From the NCBI RefSeq assembly GCF_009914755.1, contig NC_060940.1: a stretch of 64,000 nucleotides of DNA; one strand, given 5' to 3'. Positions 25,566 through 40,762 of this stretch are shown piece after piece. Under the pieces are notes generated by a model. That model saw only the letters and a list, made by a program, of their open reading frames with translations. It did not search any database and was not told where the DNA came from. A program made the position numbers and the translations under genes. Numbering within the stretch: position 1 is the stretch's first letter; the number at the start of each line of letters is the position of its first letter. This DNA is from the human T2T-CHM13v2.0 reference genome, Homo sapiens.

Positions 25566-26319
25566 AACCAGATTGCTTCATATCACCACTTAAAGCCACC
25601 TTCTCTCTCCAGTCACTCCACCTGTGCCTGCCCCCCATGCAGGGAGACAGGTCTCTGCTGCCTCACAGTGACCCCACAGGCCCCTGTACGAGCTCCTGCT
25701 GCTACAGTGCCTCTTGTATTGTTTTACGGCCACTCGCTTAAATGTCCGTTTTCCCCACTTATGATCCAGGAACACCGTGAGGACAGAGACACATGGCTCT
25801 CCTTCTGATGTCCTCAGCACACAGAGCACATCCTGACCCTTTTGTGAGCAGTAAGTTACAGGCCCACTTTTCCGACCCACCACAAAGCCCCAGTGCAATG
25901 TTCCTCCAGAAAGAGGTGAAAATGCTGGCCCAGACCCAAGAGCCTCATCTAAAACCCAGTCTCAGAGTCCTCAGAGGGGAAAGTATCTCACTTGCACATA
26001 GAAACCAAGATGGGCACTGAAGAATTTTAAAAAGAGAATGGTACTGATGTTTTCCCACTGTTACTACAGATAAGCAAGCACTCAGGGAATTTATGGGAGA
26101 TGGATTGACAGGTAGAGAAATGGGTAAGCTCGGTCCTCAAGGAGCTTCCAGTACCATCTCTTACTCAGAACTCGCTGTGCTCATTATAAGTCAAAACAAA
26201 GTTATGTGTATTTCATGTGCAATATCTACAAAAAGTCAAAGCCTCAGTCCTCAAGGAGCATATAATTTCAAGAAAATATAGAACAAACATAGATGAAAAT
26301 TTAACTCTATCAATACACA

Positions 26320-26507
26320 CAGAGCCACCCCTACCCTCTCCAGTGCCTTTTTCTAATTAGAAAAAGGTGCCTTTCCTCTAGGCAGACATGGCACCTCAGT
26401 CAGCAGGGTATGTGACTTGGCTGGATTCTGGATTTAAGCCCATGTCCCCCTACACTGACCTGACATCTTTGTGCAGTGCACAACCTGCACAACACATATA
26501 TGACAGG
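26320..26507. mobile_element. MER91A (hAT-Tip100)
   Basis: CTAATTAGAAAAAGGTGCC and TTGTGCAGTGCACAACCTGCACAAC. Confidence 0.75.
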
Positions 26508-29500
26508 AGTAGCAGGTGCTGATAACAAGGAGGGATTGATATAGGATGGATGAACAGAGACTAGCTAGAACTGATTGGGTAAGAACAGAAGAAACAACTA
26601 CAAGGAATGCCAGAGGCATATCCAGTGACAAATCAGATTTGACCAAGGCAAAGGGTACACTTGATGGAGTAAGGAAATGAGATTGGGAAGCTTAGTTGGG
26701 AAGTAATTAGGGAAGGCCTCAAACACCAGGCTAAGGAGTTTGCACTTGACCTTGCAGGAACTGACCCCTGCCTAGGGTCATTATCCTCCTTTCACCAAAG
26801 TAGTGCCACAGAGCATTGGCTGCCAGTATCAATTCTCACCAAAGAAAGTGCCCACTTGCACCCTGAAGGTCATGAAAGATACCAGGTGACAAGAAAACAA
26901 CTAAATATCTTTGTGCTGACACAGAACCCCTAATAAGGTCTAATCCCTTGCATTTGTAGCCTGCATAAAAATATATGTTTTATATCCAATATATTTATTG
27001 TTACAATAGTCTCCTTTGATTAACAGGATAAGAAAGCAGGGCAATTAAGGACCTTGGTGAAAGTCAAAGAAAAAATCCACAGGGGCAAAGCTGTGACTTG
27101 AACCCAGGTCTATCACTCAGAATCTGATGCTCAAGGGCACTCAGCCTCCCTGCACTTGCCTCAGCAGGGTCCCTCTCTCACCAGTCACCACACTGACTAC
27201 TTGAGTTTGCCAGCCCTGGGTCCTTTCCAAGAAAAGACAAAGCTTCCAAACAAGCAGTAATGACATTGATTATTCCAAGCCAGAGGCAGGGGATTCTGGA
27301 TCATTTCCTTAAAATACTTGCTCAGCAGCACCCGGGTCCTCACCCCCACCGCCCCTGGTCCCAAGAAAGATATGTACAGTACTTCATTAACATGAAGGGG
27401 AGAATAATTCCCTGTGGATTTTTGCAGTCTCATTTCCCTAGCTTGTCAAATGCCAGCAGCAAGCCAGTCTGGCTGCATTGTTAGCTTGGCTGCCTCTTAT
27501 TTTTGTAGTGTTTTGCAGATTGCAGCAGCTTTTTTTTTCCAGCTAGGTGAAAACATATCACCTTTAAGCTTCCTGGTGTATCACTCAAAAGATTTTCCTA
27601 TTCTCCTTGGACTTCATAATACAGAATTCTCTTCTGCTATCACAAGCCATTTTTTTTTCTCCAAGAAAGAACATAACATTTATTTTTAATACCATACTCC
27701 AAGATATGTGATCAAAATGTAATTTAAAAAAAAAACAAATAAATAAAAGACTTTCCAATATGTCACGCAAAAAATAAAAGACATGCTGTTCAAAAGCTAA
27801 ATTTCAGTCATCGTATTTACATTCCTTTTTTTTCTGCTTCACCCTTTTGTTACTAAGGAAGTTGGAATGAAAGGGGATTTGTCTCTTTTTCTCAAAAACC
27901 CATCTCTGGCTGCTAAGTTTCTCCACACCTGAATTCACACATCTCCCACATCATGATAATTACCTCCATGGTAACCACTCATGACATCACAAACACAATG
28001 TGATAGCAGAAGAAATAAGAGCTCCTGAGACCCTGCTGGATACAAATGCCCTGTACGACCTAAGGGCCTCCACAGCAGGAACAAAAGGAATTTTGTCTGA
28101 GATTTTAGCAGAAAAGTAATTTTTGAAATCTATTCTTGGATTTAGACGTTTATTGGATTTCAAAGCTTCTTGCTGCCCAGGAGCTTGTGAATACGGTCAA
28201 AGGTCCATGAAATTTCCAAAGTGGTACCACAGCAGATGAACCTGAATGCAAACTGGAGGGACCAACAGAGTCCAGCCTATAGACATAAATCCTTAACTAC
28301 ACCTAGATCTCACTGTCTTTTCCAATGGTCAAAAGAGGGGCTCTTGAAATGGCTCCATTGTTTTATAGAAACAAGGTCTTCCTAAGAAGTCTTTTTCTCC
28401 TATCTTTTTCTTACCCAAAATAAAGGAATGGCCCAAAACCTCAAGCCAAGCTTACCAGCTATAAACAACTTGGTGGTCAGCAGCCAAAAGAAGAGTGGAC
28501 ATGCCATGGTCATGTGGCACGTACCCTATACAAGCTTCACAGAGAAGAATGGAAGCACTTGATTGTAAGACAGAGGGTGAGATGTGAGAGGAATATTAAC
28601 CTTCACTTTCCACAGGCATTTTTTTCTGCAAATGGCACCAGCTTTTGGACTTAAAATTTTATTCCGAATACTATTTAGATGCATCAGGGCCCTCAAAATA
28701 TGGATTTCAAGTTGGAGACATCAAAGTGCATTATTTACTAAAACCACTGCAGCTTTTTTCCCCTCTCCTTTCACAAGATGCTATTGTAAATTCAGGCTGC
28801 TTTAATCTCTGTGATTAAAAAAAAAAAGGAAGAAAGAAAAAAAAAGTGCTGCTTGAAGAGGAACTGAACTCACAATCTGGGAGCTAGAAAGTAAATATTA
28901 CCCAGAGAGTACCTCACTTTAATTACTGGCCTGAACATTGGTTTCAATTTACATGTATTTTAATTAGCCACAGAAGGGTTCACCTATTACTCTCTGAATA
29001 CAAAACTTAAAAAGCAAACAGAAAATAGGGAAAGAAAGGCTTATTTAAGGGCCTCCAAGGATTAATTTTTGCATTCTTCTCATTTTTTCCCCGAATTTGG
29101 GGATAAAATTTGTCGCAGGGAATTTGATCTTAGGGAAACATTGAGTTTGGTTTGTGAACACAAGCTACTTCTGAACACTATTTTAGCAAACAGAATTTTA
29201 GAAGCATAAGGCTCTAGCAGAGGGCTATACAGAATTTTGCATAAACTAAATAACAACCGTTTCCTCCTGAAATGCAGGAAATCAAGCTGCACGGGTATGT
29301 TTGCTGATTGGGTGAGTGAATGAGTGAGTCAATCAGTGAAAACTCCAGGCTCCTTTACTCTTCCTACCTTTCTTTAACATCCTTAAACTTTTATTTGAAT
29401 TTTTTAAAGTTTGTAAATTGTTTTGCTTGTCCATCTTGGACTGTCAGTTTCTGCCACCAAAAAAAAAAAGGAGTAAAATTAATTTTAATTGACTTTAATT

Positions 29501-29784
29501 TCAAAAATGTGTCACACCAGATTTCTAAAAAGTTGCATTCTCAAAACAACTAGGCATTAACAACTAGGCTTCAAGAAGCCTTAGAATATCTGTAACTAGA
29601 GAAAGATGTGTGGCTGACTGATTTACCAAGGACTAACAATGACACTTGGGGATAAAGTATTTCTGGATTATGAAGACATAACCTTTTATTAAGTCTTGAG
29701 CCCCTTACTCCAACTCCACCAACCAGCCAACAGTTATTCAAGCAGGTCCAACTGAGTTTCTGCACTGGGCGAGGAACTCTGTTA

Positions 29785-30107
<323 letters not shown>

Positions 30108-30924
30108 GAGGTTGAGTACATGGTTGTTAAGAAGTTAAGAAGTTTGTTAAGGGAGGTAGGACCTCTACGGACCTGTGGCAAGCACTTGTTCTAAGTTCTA
30201 AGGCACAGGAGACCACTTCTAAGTCAGGGGACAATTATGGGCTCTGCAGAAACGATAATAGTCAATCTGTGAGGACTGAGCAAGAATCAATGGAGAGGCA
30301 TAATACATGCACTGTCCCCAAGCCAAAAGCCTGGTATATATTTAGAATAATCAGTACAGGACTAGTTTTGCCGAGTGTCTGCTGTGGCCAGAGTGTGGAA
30401 CAGAAAGGGGATCTTGCAGGTCAAAGCCGTGTACCCAAGAATGGATAATATGGTCAGCCTGTGATCTCAGAATCTGTGTGGGAGTGAGAGGAGAAAAGGA
30501 AAGGAGTGACAATGGCCTGTAATGAGAGTTCAAAAGGAGACTTCTATAGCCTAAGATAGAGATAATGTCACTCTAAGTGTCTCTGGCAGGAGCCAAGAAA
30601 GAGAAAGAAGAAACATAGCCAATTATTAAGCTGTTGGGCTCTAGAGCTTACCCAGCCTTGCCCTATTGGCCTGGAATGAGTTTACTGGGTGCTCCGTAAA
30701 CTGCTACTGCAGTGGCTCTCACCCAGTAGCATCTTAAAGGTGCTGCTCTGCTTCTGATAGTTATGCCAACAATGACATAGTAGAAGGCACTGGCTGCTGC
30801 TTCTCAGATGGCCACAACCCCAAGACAGCATGTTAGGAACCACTTACCTATCAATCCCAAAGTCCTTAGGTCTTCAGCAAAGCTTGGACCACTTGGCAAA
30901 GTCTTCTGTCTCCAGAGGAATGAT

Positions 30925-31470
30925 GGGAAAACTATGGGACAAAAGTCAGGAGAGTGGTGCTGGCTGATCCTGGCCTGGACATTGACTCCCTGGGGACTTT
31001 GGGTGAGTCTCTTCCTTTCTCCAAGACCAAATTTCATTTGTTAAATGAGGAGGTTGGAACAAATACTTGCTTCCATGTCTTGCATTCTATGAGTTGGGAT
31101 CAAGTGACTGTCCTAAGTTCATGAAGCTCCATGGAAGTCAGATCCTAGAACAGATCCTGTGTCTCCTGATCCCTCAATCTAATGTTCTTTCCACAATGCT
31201 GGGCTGCATGAGCAGATGTCAAGGGTAAGAGGTAACATTCATTGAGTGGCTACCACATGCCAAGTGCTCTCTCTTGTGTGTCTGTACTATATCTAGTTAG
31301 TTCTCCCATCGTCATCTGTGTTAGATAAGATTTTCAAATCATTTTACAGATAGGAAACAAACAGAAAGATTAAGTCATTTATCCACAATCACACCATTAG
31401 TAAATGCAGAGCTAGGATTTAAAGTCAGCCCAATTCCAGAACCCATTGTCTTCATCTCTACTCTCTACAC
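30925..31470. mobile_element. Cluster of MIR/MIR3 fragments (+ at about 30925-31090; - at about 31100-31200 and 31230-31470)
   Basis: MIR cores, e.g. ATTTTACAGATAGGAAAC...AGATTAAGTCATTTATCCACAATCACAC. Confidence 0.65.
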
Positions 31471-33239
31471 TACATAGTAGAATAAGAAGGAGTAGTTCAG
31501 TGACATAAAGGACATGGAACCTTAAAACAGAAAATATGGCAGTCTTTCAGAGGTGAATTCACATTGGAAGTATGCGAGCTTTCTGAAGAAATATTTTGGT
31601 TAGTGTTGCTTGCCTGCACACCTCCCCACTAATGACCACATGACTAGTCCCTGAGGGATCATTTGAGATCCAGTGGCCTTAAATGTGGTCTGAATGGAGT
31701 ATGGATAATGACCACATAGAAAATCAGAAGGCAGTGGCCTCCTGGCTGACTCCTCTAGCTTATAAGACAAGGAAAACCAAAACCACCACAGATTATTTTT
31801 ACTACAGAATAAAACCCAAGAGGAGTCATCCCATTGAAATCTTTAGGGAGCCAAGCCGACATCACCCCGAGGCATGCACACAGGTTCACCCAGTAGAATA
31901 CAACTTGGATTCACAACTATGCCAAGACAGACATTATTTTAAGCAAAATAAGGGGAGGGAGGACTTAAAACTTCTTTCAGAGGCCTATATGACATGATCT
32001 CTATACTTTCTTTTACCTATAATATCTGAGATCTTTCTTCTAGGAGAGTGAGTTATTTTTGAGCAGATTTTTCTATTGCTAATAAATATGTGTTAGTACG
32101 ATGGAAAAAACCTTGGATGAAGACTAGTGACTGTTTCTAGCCCAGCACTTTCACCAAGTGGCCTCTTGACCTTGGCTGGTCACTAGACCCTCTGGAGCCC
32201 TAGTTCCTCATCTGTAGAGAAGGGACTGATCTCTGTGAGTCAGCCAAGGACCAGGAGTCCTTGAATTGTGAATTTTGATAGATAGATCCACCAAACAAAA
32301 TTGTGATCCATGGAGATTAAATTCAAGTAAGAACAAGAGGCAGTTCTCTTCTGGAGAAGAAATTAGGTTCAGATAAAAAGCTATGCCTCTCTCTGGTTCT
32401 GGAAGCTTGGCTGGGCCTGACCTGCTGCCAAGCCTCGGAGACTCCTCAATCTATTCACACAGCAGGAGAGCAAAAGCTCTCTCCCTGGGAAGCTGTTTGC
32501 ATGAAGCAAAGCAGTGCAATCCTCCTTGACCTCCCTGGAGGGAAGGTTTGCCTCCTTCTCAGGGAGAGTTTCCGCAGTAGAGATAGTAGAATACAGGAGG
32601 AAATGAGCTGGACTGGATAGATAAGGCTGAGAGGAAAGCCACATATGAGACCACTGGACCACTCTGGGATGGGGACACAAGCCCCCTTCATGATTCTGCC
32701 TCTTCAGAAAATGGGTTTTCCCATAGTTCTGCCAGAAAGCCTTTGTCATATTCTTGATGCTCACACACCCAGATGATGGCTGTTTCTCACTATCCTTCCA
32801 GTTCATGGTTGCATTTACCAAAATTTATATTTTTTTCTGAGCCTCTAGGACCTTTCCCATGCTGTCCTATAGAAGCAGGTTAGCTTTATTCAGTATTATC
32901 TGCATTGTGTAGAGTTGAGTACTTTAAAAGGAACTTCACATTTCCAGCTACCCTGCTGTCTCTCAGGGTAATCAAAAGTATTCTGGATTCTTTTCTATGC
33001 ATTTAAAATTTTCGCGTTAGGTGAAACTGCCAAACCCATTCTAAGGTGGGAAAAATGAAGCATGGAAGAATTGTGATTTATCCACAATTACACACATAGT
33101 ACGTTTCATGCCAGGATTTGAAGCCAGTCACTGTGACTGCAGAACTCATTCTTAAGCTCAACTCTCCACACTACATAATACAATAAGAGAGGGAAGCTCA
33201 ATGACATAGGGACACCACAAATTTACAAACAAATATATT

Positions 33240-33640
33240 CACATATATAGGTGTGGCTTTGTTTCCTTTCTGTGTGGGGTTTGCATTTTTTTTTTAGGAT
33301 AAATGGGATCATACACTATGTACTGTTTAATGAATTGCTTTTTCATATAACATATGTCTTGAAGATATTTCCATGCAATTTTAGAATACATCAACCTTAT
33401 TTGTTTATAATGGCAGTGTATTCCACTATATGGATATTTACTTAACTTTCTTCCTACTGATAGAAAATTAAGTTTCTATTTAATTAAGTTTCCAGGTTTT
33501 CAATTGCAATGCTTCAGTTAATATTTGGTACTGTATGCAGACATATGAATATTTCTGTAGTATAGATTTTTAGTAGTGAAATTGTTTGGTCAAGGAAAAT
33601 GCACATTTTTGTAGATTTCTGATAGGGTTTTGCCACCTTG
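33240..33640 (-). mobile_element. L1ME 3' fragment
   Basis: AAATGGGATCATACACTATGTACTGTTT...GTGTATTCCACTATATGGATA. Confidence 0.65.
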
Positions 33641-34926
33641 GATAAGGTCACAGTTAAAGCCACCAAGCTGATGTGGACTCCAGAGACAGACATTATGAAT
33701 GAGTATCCCTATAGCTTACACATAGTACCTCACATATTCCAAGGAGCCTTTACATATATTAGCTCATTTACTCGATAATAAGTTATGAGAGAAGGCTATT
33801 GTCATCTTCAGATAAAGAAATGGAGACCAAGCAAAATTAGAGAGATTTGTCCAGGGTCAGTCTATGAATTAAAATCAGAGTTAGAACTAGAAAAAAAATT
33901 TCTCATTTGTATTAAAGCTATTTCATTAAAACCACATTGGTATAATAAATTGGATATAATAAAATGTTTGGTTTGTGCTTGGCTATTAACATATCTATGT
34001 ATACGAGTTTTTAAAAGTAGGCAACATGAGCACAGTTGAACATTGCAAGTTGTGAGGATAGAAATGTACAAGAGAAGTTGGGAGGTGTTTTCCAGCTCAG
34101 AAGTACTATGATCTTATGATCCTAGAGAAGTAAATAAATAAAATGAAGAGAAGAACTCGGAAAGAAAAAGTAAAAGATACCAAAAAGGCTGGTTCGGATG
34201 GAAGAGTCTTACAAAAATCGATCCCAGGAATCCCCACAAAGAGTTGCAAAAAAGAAGCCCTCAGGATACACTAATGTCTTGTGAAAGCCAGAGTAACCCA
34301 GGCTCAGACTTCTTGCCTAAAAACAGTATATAACCTAGAAATTTCTTCTCCAAACCCAAAACAGGAAAAATGACAATTACTTAATCAACACAGAATCTTT
34401 AGTTGAATTCACCCCAAAGATAATTTACTCCAAGTAAAAGATTTTACAGTTAAATATTACTTATGATTGAACAATAAGTATCATTAGATAAAAGAATTTT
34501 GAAGAGGAATGAGTAAGCTTCTCTGCAGAAATGAATACAGAAATCTGTTCTTGATCATCTTGATCAGAATAATGACAGAAGGAGGAGGAAACTGTAATGA
34601 TGTTTTGATAAACTTGCTCAGTCAGGTGCCCTAACATTTACATGTAAATTTCAAATAAGGATTCTACAAGGACTTAAGATACGTCCTCTCAATAGCTATA
34701 AAGACAGCCTGCCCAGTCTCGGCTCCTTTCACTTAGTTAGTAGGCAATTTATCTAGAAATTGTAACTCTCCTCTAGTTCTGACTATATAACTTGCAAATG
34801 AGATAAATTAGGACAGAATCAAAGACAAAGACTCATACTGAGTAGTGTCTTCAAAGATGATTGTCTATCAGTACCAACAAATGCTTTTGAAAACATAAGC
34901 TTTCTCTACCAACTGCTCGTTAAGAA

Positions 34927-34958
34927 AGAGAGAGAGACACACACACACACACACACAG
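34927..34958. repeat. (GA)n(CA)n microsatellite
   Basis: Read directly. Confidence 0.9.
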
Positions 34959-37152
34959 AGGAAATGAGTCCATTTAAGAAACATGTATTCTGAAATCTAT
35001 GTGGTTCTTAAGGAGAAGGTCTTGGATTATGAGAAATAGTTGGCAAGAGATTGCACCTTATTACTGTATACCACTGGGAGTTTGGGCTAGAATTTACAAT
35101 TTTGGCTTTACACAGGATACTCAGTGTCCTGGCCACCCTGCATAAAAGATTGGCTGTGAATTTTGCCAAGGACTTATTCATATTTCAGCTAATCAAGATC
35201 TTTAATAATCGTCTGACTTCTAAACCACTTATTCTGAGGCCTTCTGCAGCAACCCACGGGAAACAAAAGCCTTCATTTTCATTTAGATTTCTCATTTGAC
35301 TGGCTCTAGCAAAGAATCTCTTCTCTCTGTCTCTCTAGGGATTCTTGATAAATATGTAGCTTACAAGGAAAGCAAGCAAGGGGTTCAATCTATGACAGGA
35401 AGGAGAGGAACTACGACACCTTTGTAGGATTCTCAACAGATGCTCACTGCACTGAGGGCTTGAAGGAACTATGAGATTGTTGTTGCTGTGGCAACCACGC
35501 ATGCCTAAATGAACAACAAAATTAATAGTCCTAACAGCCTTCAGTGGCGTCAACAGGATGACAACACTTCCCTTTACTGGGAAATGTGTACCCTCCATAG
35601 TGACTCCACTTAGATATGGTTCTCATATAAAGAAAAATAGTGTTTCATAATAGCAAACAAATAGAACAACCATCATCTGCATGTGCCACACAAACTTCTC
35701 CAAGCCACAGACAGCGGCCAGGTTACTCTGTTTCCCTGCTAAAGTTAAGAGGCAACTTTCAAATTCCCAGGCCTTTTTGTGGCATTCTATTTAATTTTGT
35801 CATGCTGCTGCTAGTCTCCTGTTGAGCTTTTGTTGTGAGCCAATAAGGCTAACGGGGAGCTAAGGGAAAGCAGAATGAGATACAAAGAGAAAAAAAGGTA
35901 AAATTAGCTGAAGCCCATAATTGGACTCTGCTTGGCCTTGAGGAAGGCACAATACATATTAATTAAGCAGACTAATATGTTGCTAGCTGGAGGGGCTATT
36001 CCAGACAGCAGGAACAAAGTTTAAAACAGGTAAGAACTTTTTTTTTCTTTCTTGGGTTGAGGTTAGTTGAGACATTCCTCTGAATAATTAGACAAATTTT
36101 ATCCTTGAGTAGAAATAGGGAATAGGAAAAGAAGCTTTCTTAGGATGTTAGATGTTATTAAAAATCTGTTGGGCTAAGAAACTTTTTTAGATCATGAGAA
36201 CTTTTTGAGAAATTGCCCAGTTACTGCTTTATTAATTGAAATGTACAATGAACATATTTGTGCCTTTCAAACGAGTATAACATTCTGATCCAATTTTAGG
36301 CAGAAGTTTCACTCCCCAAATGTTTATTATTATTATGACAGAATTAGAATGAAGAAAATATTTCAGGTTAAATAATTTGTCCAAAGTTGTGGGCAATGCC
36401 TACATTGGGAATAGAAACCTTTGCTGGAAAATGTAGACTTGGACATTTAAAGCGTGTACTAATGAATGGGGTCAAATGCATGGGGTAGCTGGCTTAGAAC
36501 AGAGACAGGGTAGCTCCAGGGTCAGACATCCTAATGCCAGTCAGTCCACTCAGAAATACACTCAAGTTTGCCAAAAGAGTAAGCAAAAATATATAATAAG
36601 CTCCATGCAAACCCATCACAGCTCAGCATAGACACATGACTGATAACAGATTTGAGATTTCACCTTCCTTTAAAAAGAATAAAGTACACACCTATGCTTA
36701 CAAATCCCATGTAGCGAATTATCAAAAAATGCCCTAAGTAGATTTTTGAGCACTATAGAATATGAGTTAGAGTCACACAAGTATTTCTGTTCATGAGTCT
36801 ACAATATCAGCCTGATGACATGTTAATTTTGCAAACAAATAGCCAATAGTAAGCTGCATCTTTATTACACAAAATCTAAGGAATTTATGCCTTAAACACT
36901 GTCTTATGAAGTTGTGAGAGTTGGACATGGGAATGAAATTGTCATCTCAAAAGTTCCCTCTCCTCCTCACCCCCCAATAATGACCTCCTACTATTATAAA
37001 GCTATAATAAGTTTTGTAGAACAGATTTAGGTGAGAATACATTATTAAAAATAATTATATATTCAATACTAAACATCTCCCTTTGTCAATGCCCTATTTC
37101 TTAACTTGAGTGCTGGTTACATGGGTGCATTCACTTTATAAAAATTCATCAG

Positions 37153-37471
37153 GGCCAGGTACAGTGGCTCACACTTGTCCCAGAGCTTTGGGAGATTGAG
37201 GTGAAAGGATTGCTTGAGGCTAGGAGTTCGAGACCAGCGTGGGCAACATGGCGAGACCCCATCTCTAAAAAACAAAAGAAAAAGTTAGCCAGGTGTGGCG
37301 GCACGTGCCTGTAGTCCCAGCTACTTGGGAGGCTGAGGCGGGAGGATCACTTGAGCTCAGGAGGTCAAGGCTGCTGTGAGCTACAATCGTGCCACTGTAC
37401 TCCAGCCTGGCTGACAGAGTGAGACTCTGTCTCAAAAAAAAAAAAAAAAAAAAGAAAGAAAGAAAGAAAAG
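37153..37471 (+). mobile_element. AluJb inside an L1ME 3' fragment (about 37065-37530)
   Basis: Full dimer; TSD AAAAATTCATCA / AAAAAGTCATCA. Confidence 0.93.
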
Positions 37472-37827
37472 AAAAAGTCATCACACAATTTTCTGAATGT
37501 TAGGCTTCAACAAAAAGTTTTTTAAAAAACCTTCTCTTGTTTCTGCACTGCTGATCTCAGATGAATTATACACAGTTATGTGTTGCTTTAGAAACAACAC
37601 ATTTATTCCTATCAATGTGAAGGTTAAAAAAAGTTTTGTAAAGTAATCACATTGTGAAAGTGCATCAAATAAGCTCATTATTTAAGTGAAAGATGTGAAT
37701 TATATCTCCGACTTGGCCACTAACTAGTGGATGAATTTGAGCCTCTCTATAGGCCTCAATTTTCTCTCAATTAAAAAGGGCTGGGTGAGCTACAGTCCAG
37801 TGTCTCTTCCAGCTTCAATATATGGTA

Positions 37828-38233
<406 letters not shown>

Positions 38234-38574
38234 TATTAGGTAGTAAGACAAATGACAAATGAGAATCCTTTGGTGAATCTTTCTGTAAAGCAACAAGCCA
38301 CTTCCCGGTTTATCTCAAGAATTTAAGGGGGAAGAGGGGTAGTTGGAGTGAGCAAAAGTCTGACTGAGTGATAACCTTGACTCATATGACTAGGCCTTGT
38401 TAACCACAAGAAAGTCTCAGTCTAGTCACAAAATTCTGTAGTCCCCGCAAAAAGGAGAAGCTGTCAATTATTTCCTCCATTAAAGTCTGGAATCAGTAAG
38501 ACTAGAATTAACCTTTTCCTGCCAAAAGAATTGTGCAGGGTTTTCAGTGGATCTAAGTTTAGTCAAAGGATCAC

Positions 38575-39375
38575 CTATTCCCCAAACATGTACTGAGCTC
38601 CTACTGGATGCCAAGCTTCCCAGTAGACATTGGGGATAAAATGGCAAGGGGGCGGACTAGGTCCTCCCCTAGGGGCCTCTGAAGCTTGTGGAGGATACAG
38701 ACAAGTAAACAAGCAATTACAGGGGTGTTATATTGTACGTGCTGCAAAGAGAGAAATAAAAGTCACAGGAGGGGCACATAACCTGCCAGGAAAGTTTTCT
38801 GGAGCAAGTGATGTCTAAACAATGGGTAAGAGTTAGCCACATGACTATGTGTAGCTCAGTGCTAGGAGGCACCGCAGCCTAGAGCAAGCTCTGGAGTCAG
38901 GCTACTTAGCTTCAACTCCCTGTACTATACTTAATAACTGTGTGAGCCTGGGTAGGGCTCTTAAGCTTGCTAAGCCTCAGTTTCCTTATTTGTGAAATGG
39001 GAATAATTACAGTGCTCATGGGTTGTTGTAAAGATTCAATGAAAGGATCCATGCAAGCCCTCCTTAACACAGAACATAACTACTATTACTGTAATTACTG
39101 ATAGTGAGACAGATGTGGGGAGAGGACAGGTAATATTCCAGGCAGAAAGCCTGTGCATAGACAAGCCCAAAGGGGACAAAGAATATGGCCTTTTGGCATC
39201 CTGAAAGGCATCCAGTCCAAATGGAGAGAAGAGTGGGAGGAAGTGGTGTGATAAGGTTGGAGTGGAAGGTGGAAGGCAGGCACTGGAGGGTGAAAGGCCC
39301 TCTATGCTGTGTGAAGGGGTTTGGACTTCATCCTGAAGAAATGAGGAGCACTGAAGTCTTCTCAAAGGAGAGGGT
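38575..39375 (-). mobile_element. L2 with a nested plus-strand MIR (about 38870-39070)
   Basis: L2 ATTCCAGGCAGAAAGCCTGTGC...TTTGGACTTCATCCTGAAG; MIR GCCTCAGTTTCCTTATTTGTGAAATGG. Confidence 0.72.
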
Positions 39376-40723
39376 CATGATGTTCACTCTCACATTTATT
39401 AGTAGGGGAGAAGTGTGCTGCCCATGTAAAAAGTATTTTTATTTTACCCCAAAGCATTAAGACTCTACATCCACTAGCCAATTTCCTCTATAGAGGATAA
39501 GGTTCTGTTGGTCACTAATATCCAGGGATTCCCTTCTTTTGGTGCATTCAAGATGTTGGATGCTCAAATAACTGCAGGAAAGACATCACAAAAATAATCT
39601 AATTCAGCCTCAGAGACCCAGTTCAGAAAATTAACATACTATATCTTTTCATGAGCCATGAGCTGCAATATACAGCAGGCCTCTCTTGAGTCATTAAACT
39701 TGTTCTATTAGATTACAGAAAATCCCAGACAACTCGCCCTGCCCTGGCTGGATTTCTGTAGAATGCAGATCTCTTTTTTTCTAACAGAGGAAAAGCAAGC
39801 ACGAACCATAGGAACAGAGCTTTGTCTAATATGGGATGCAAGATACACACTTCTTCTGCACTATTTCTTTAAACCTGACCTCTAAGGGAAACTTGAATAA
39901 GAACAAATCAAGGCTTCTTGAGATGAATAAGTATTAGAGTGAAGTCCATATGGGATGGATGTGAGCACTGACATGATTCAACACTTATAAATGATCTGGA
40001 AGAACAAGCAAGCAATAAATCTCTGATGCAGTCAACCCTAAGCACTTCTGGGTAGTTTAATGCCAAGTCAGCATGAACCAACTTAGAGCAGGAGCGGAGA
40101 GGAGAATGACAGGTGTGATGTAAGTGTATTTGGAAGAGAACAGTCCACATCTCACTTGTAAATGAACTACCAGTTACAACCCCAAAGCAACACCTGGAAT
40201 TATGGTGTGGTCCCTATTAGTCTATTAAGGTCAGAAAAATTAGAGTATCATCATGACAGTCACTAAAAGCAAAAGAGGAAGCAAACCACCATTCTTCACC
40301 CCTCTTAACCAAAATGGAGGCACACCCACTCCTGAAATGCCATGTGGCTTTATGGCCATGCACAAAGAAACAGAAAGCAGAACCTGTTGGCACTTTCGCA
40401 CATCTCCTGTTTGTCCGCCAGACTAGCTACAGTATTTTGTACTCAATGATGTGACTTAAGTATCAGTAATGATTACTAGTTTGCTCATGCATTTAATATT
40501 TATTGCAAACCAGCTAAATGCAAGGCACCATCCTAATGCCTGGGAGCAATATAAAGAAGGGTGAAATATGCACACTCACCCTGAGTGGCTTACTCTGGTA
40601 GATGTGATGAGACTTGGACATTATAACACAGGACACAAAGTAATAAAAAGCCACAATAGAGGAGCAGATGAAGTGTTATAGGACCATGCTAAACATATTT
40701 AAAGAATATTATTATGCCAATAA

Positions 40724-40726
<3 letters not shown>

Positions 40727-40760
<34 letters not shown>
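40727..40760. repeat. (AT)17 microsatellite
   Basis: Perfect dinucleotide run. Confidence 0.97.

Positions 40761-40762
<2 letters not shown>

Noticed and set aside
32381-32821. 146-aa minus-strand ORF in unique sequence
   Set aside because: No recognisable domain, non-ATG start and no convincing exon context.
34143-34274. 43-aa Lys/Arg-rich ATG ORF (MKRRTRKEKVKDTKK...)
   Set aside because: Explained by A/G-rich composition; no known homology, poly(A) or TSD to suggest a retrocopy.
35310-36035. Strong acceptor at 35338 and donor CAG|GTAAGA at 36029
   Set aside because: The implied exon of about 690 nt is atypically long and full of stops; isolated sites like these are common by chance.
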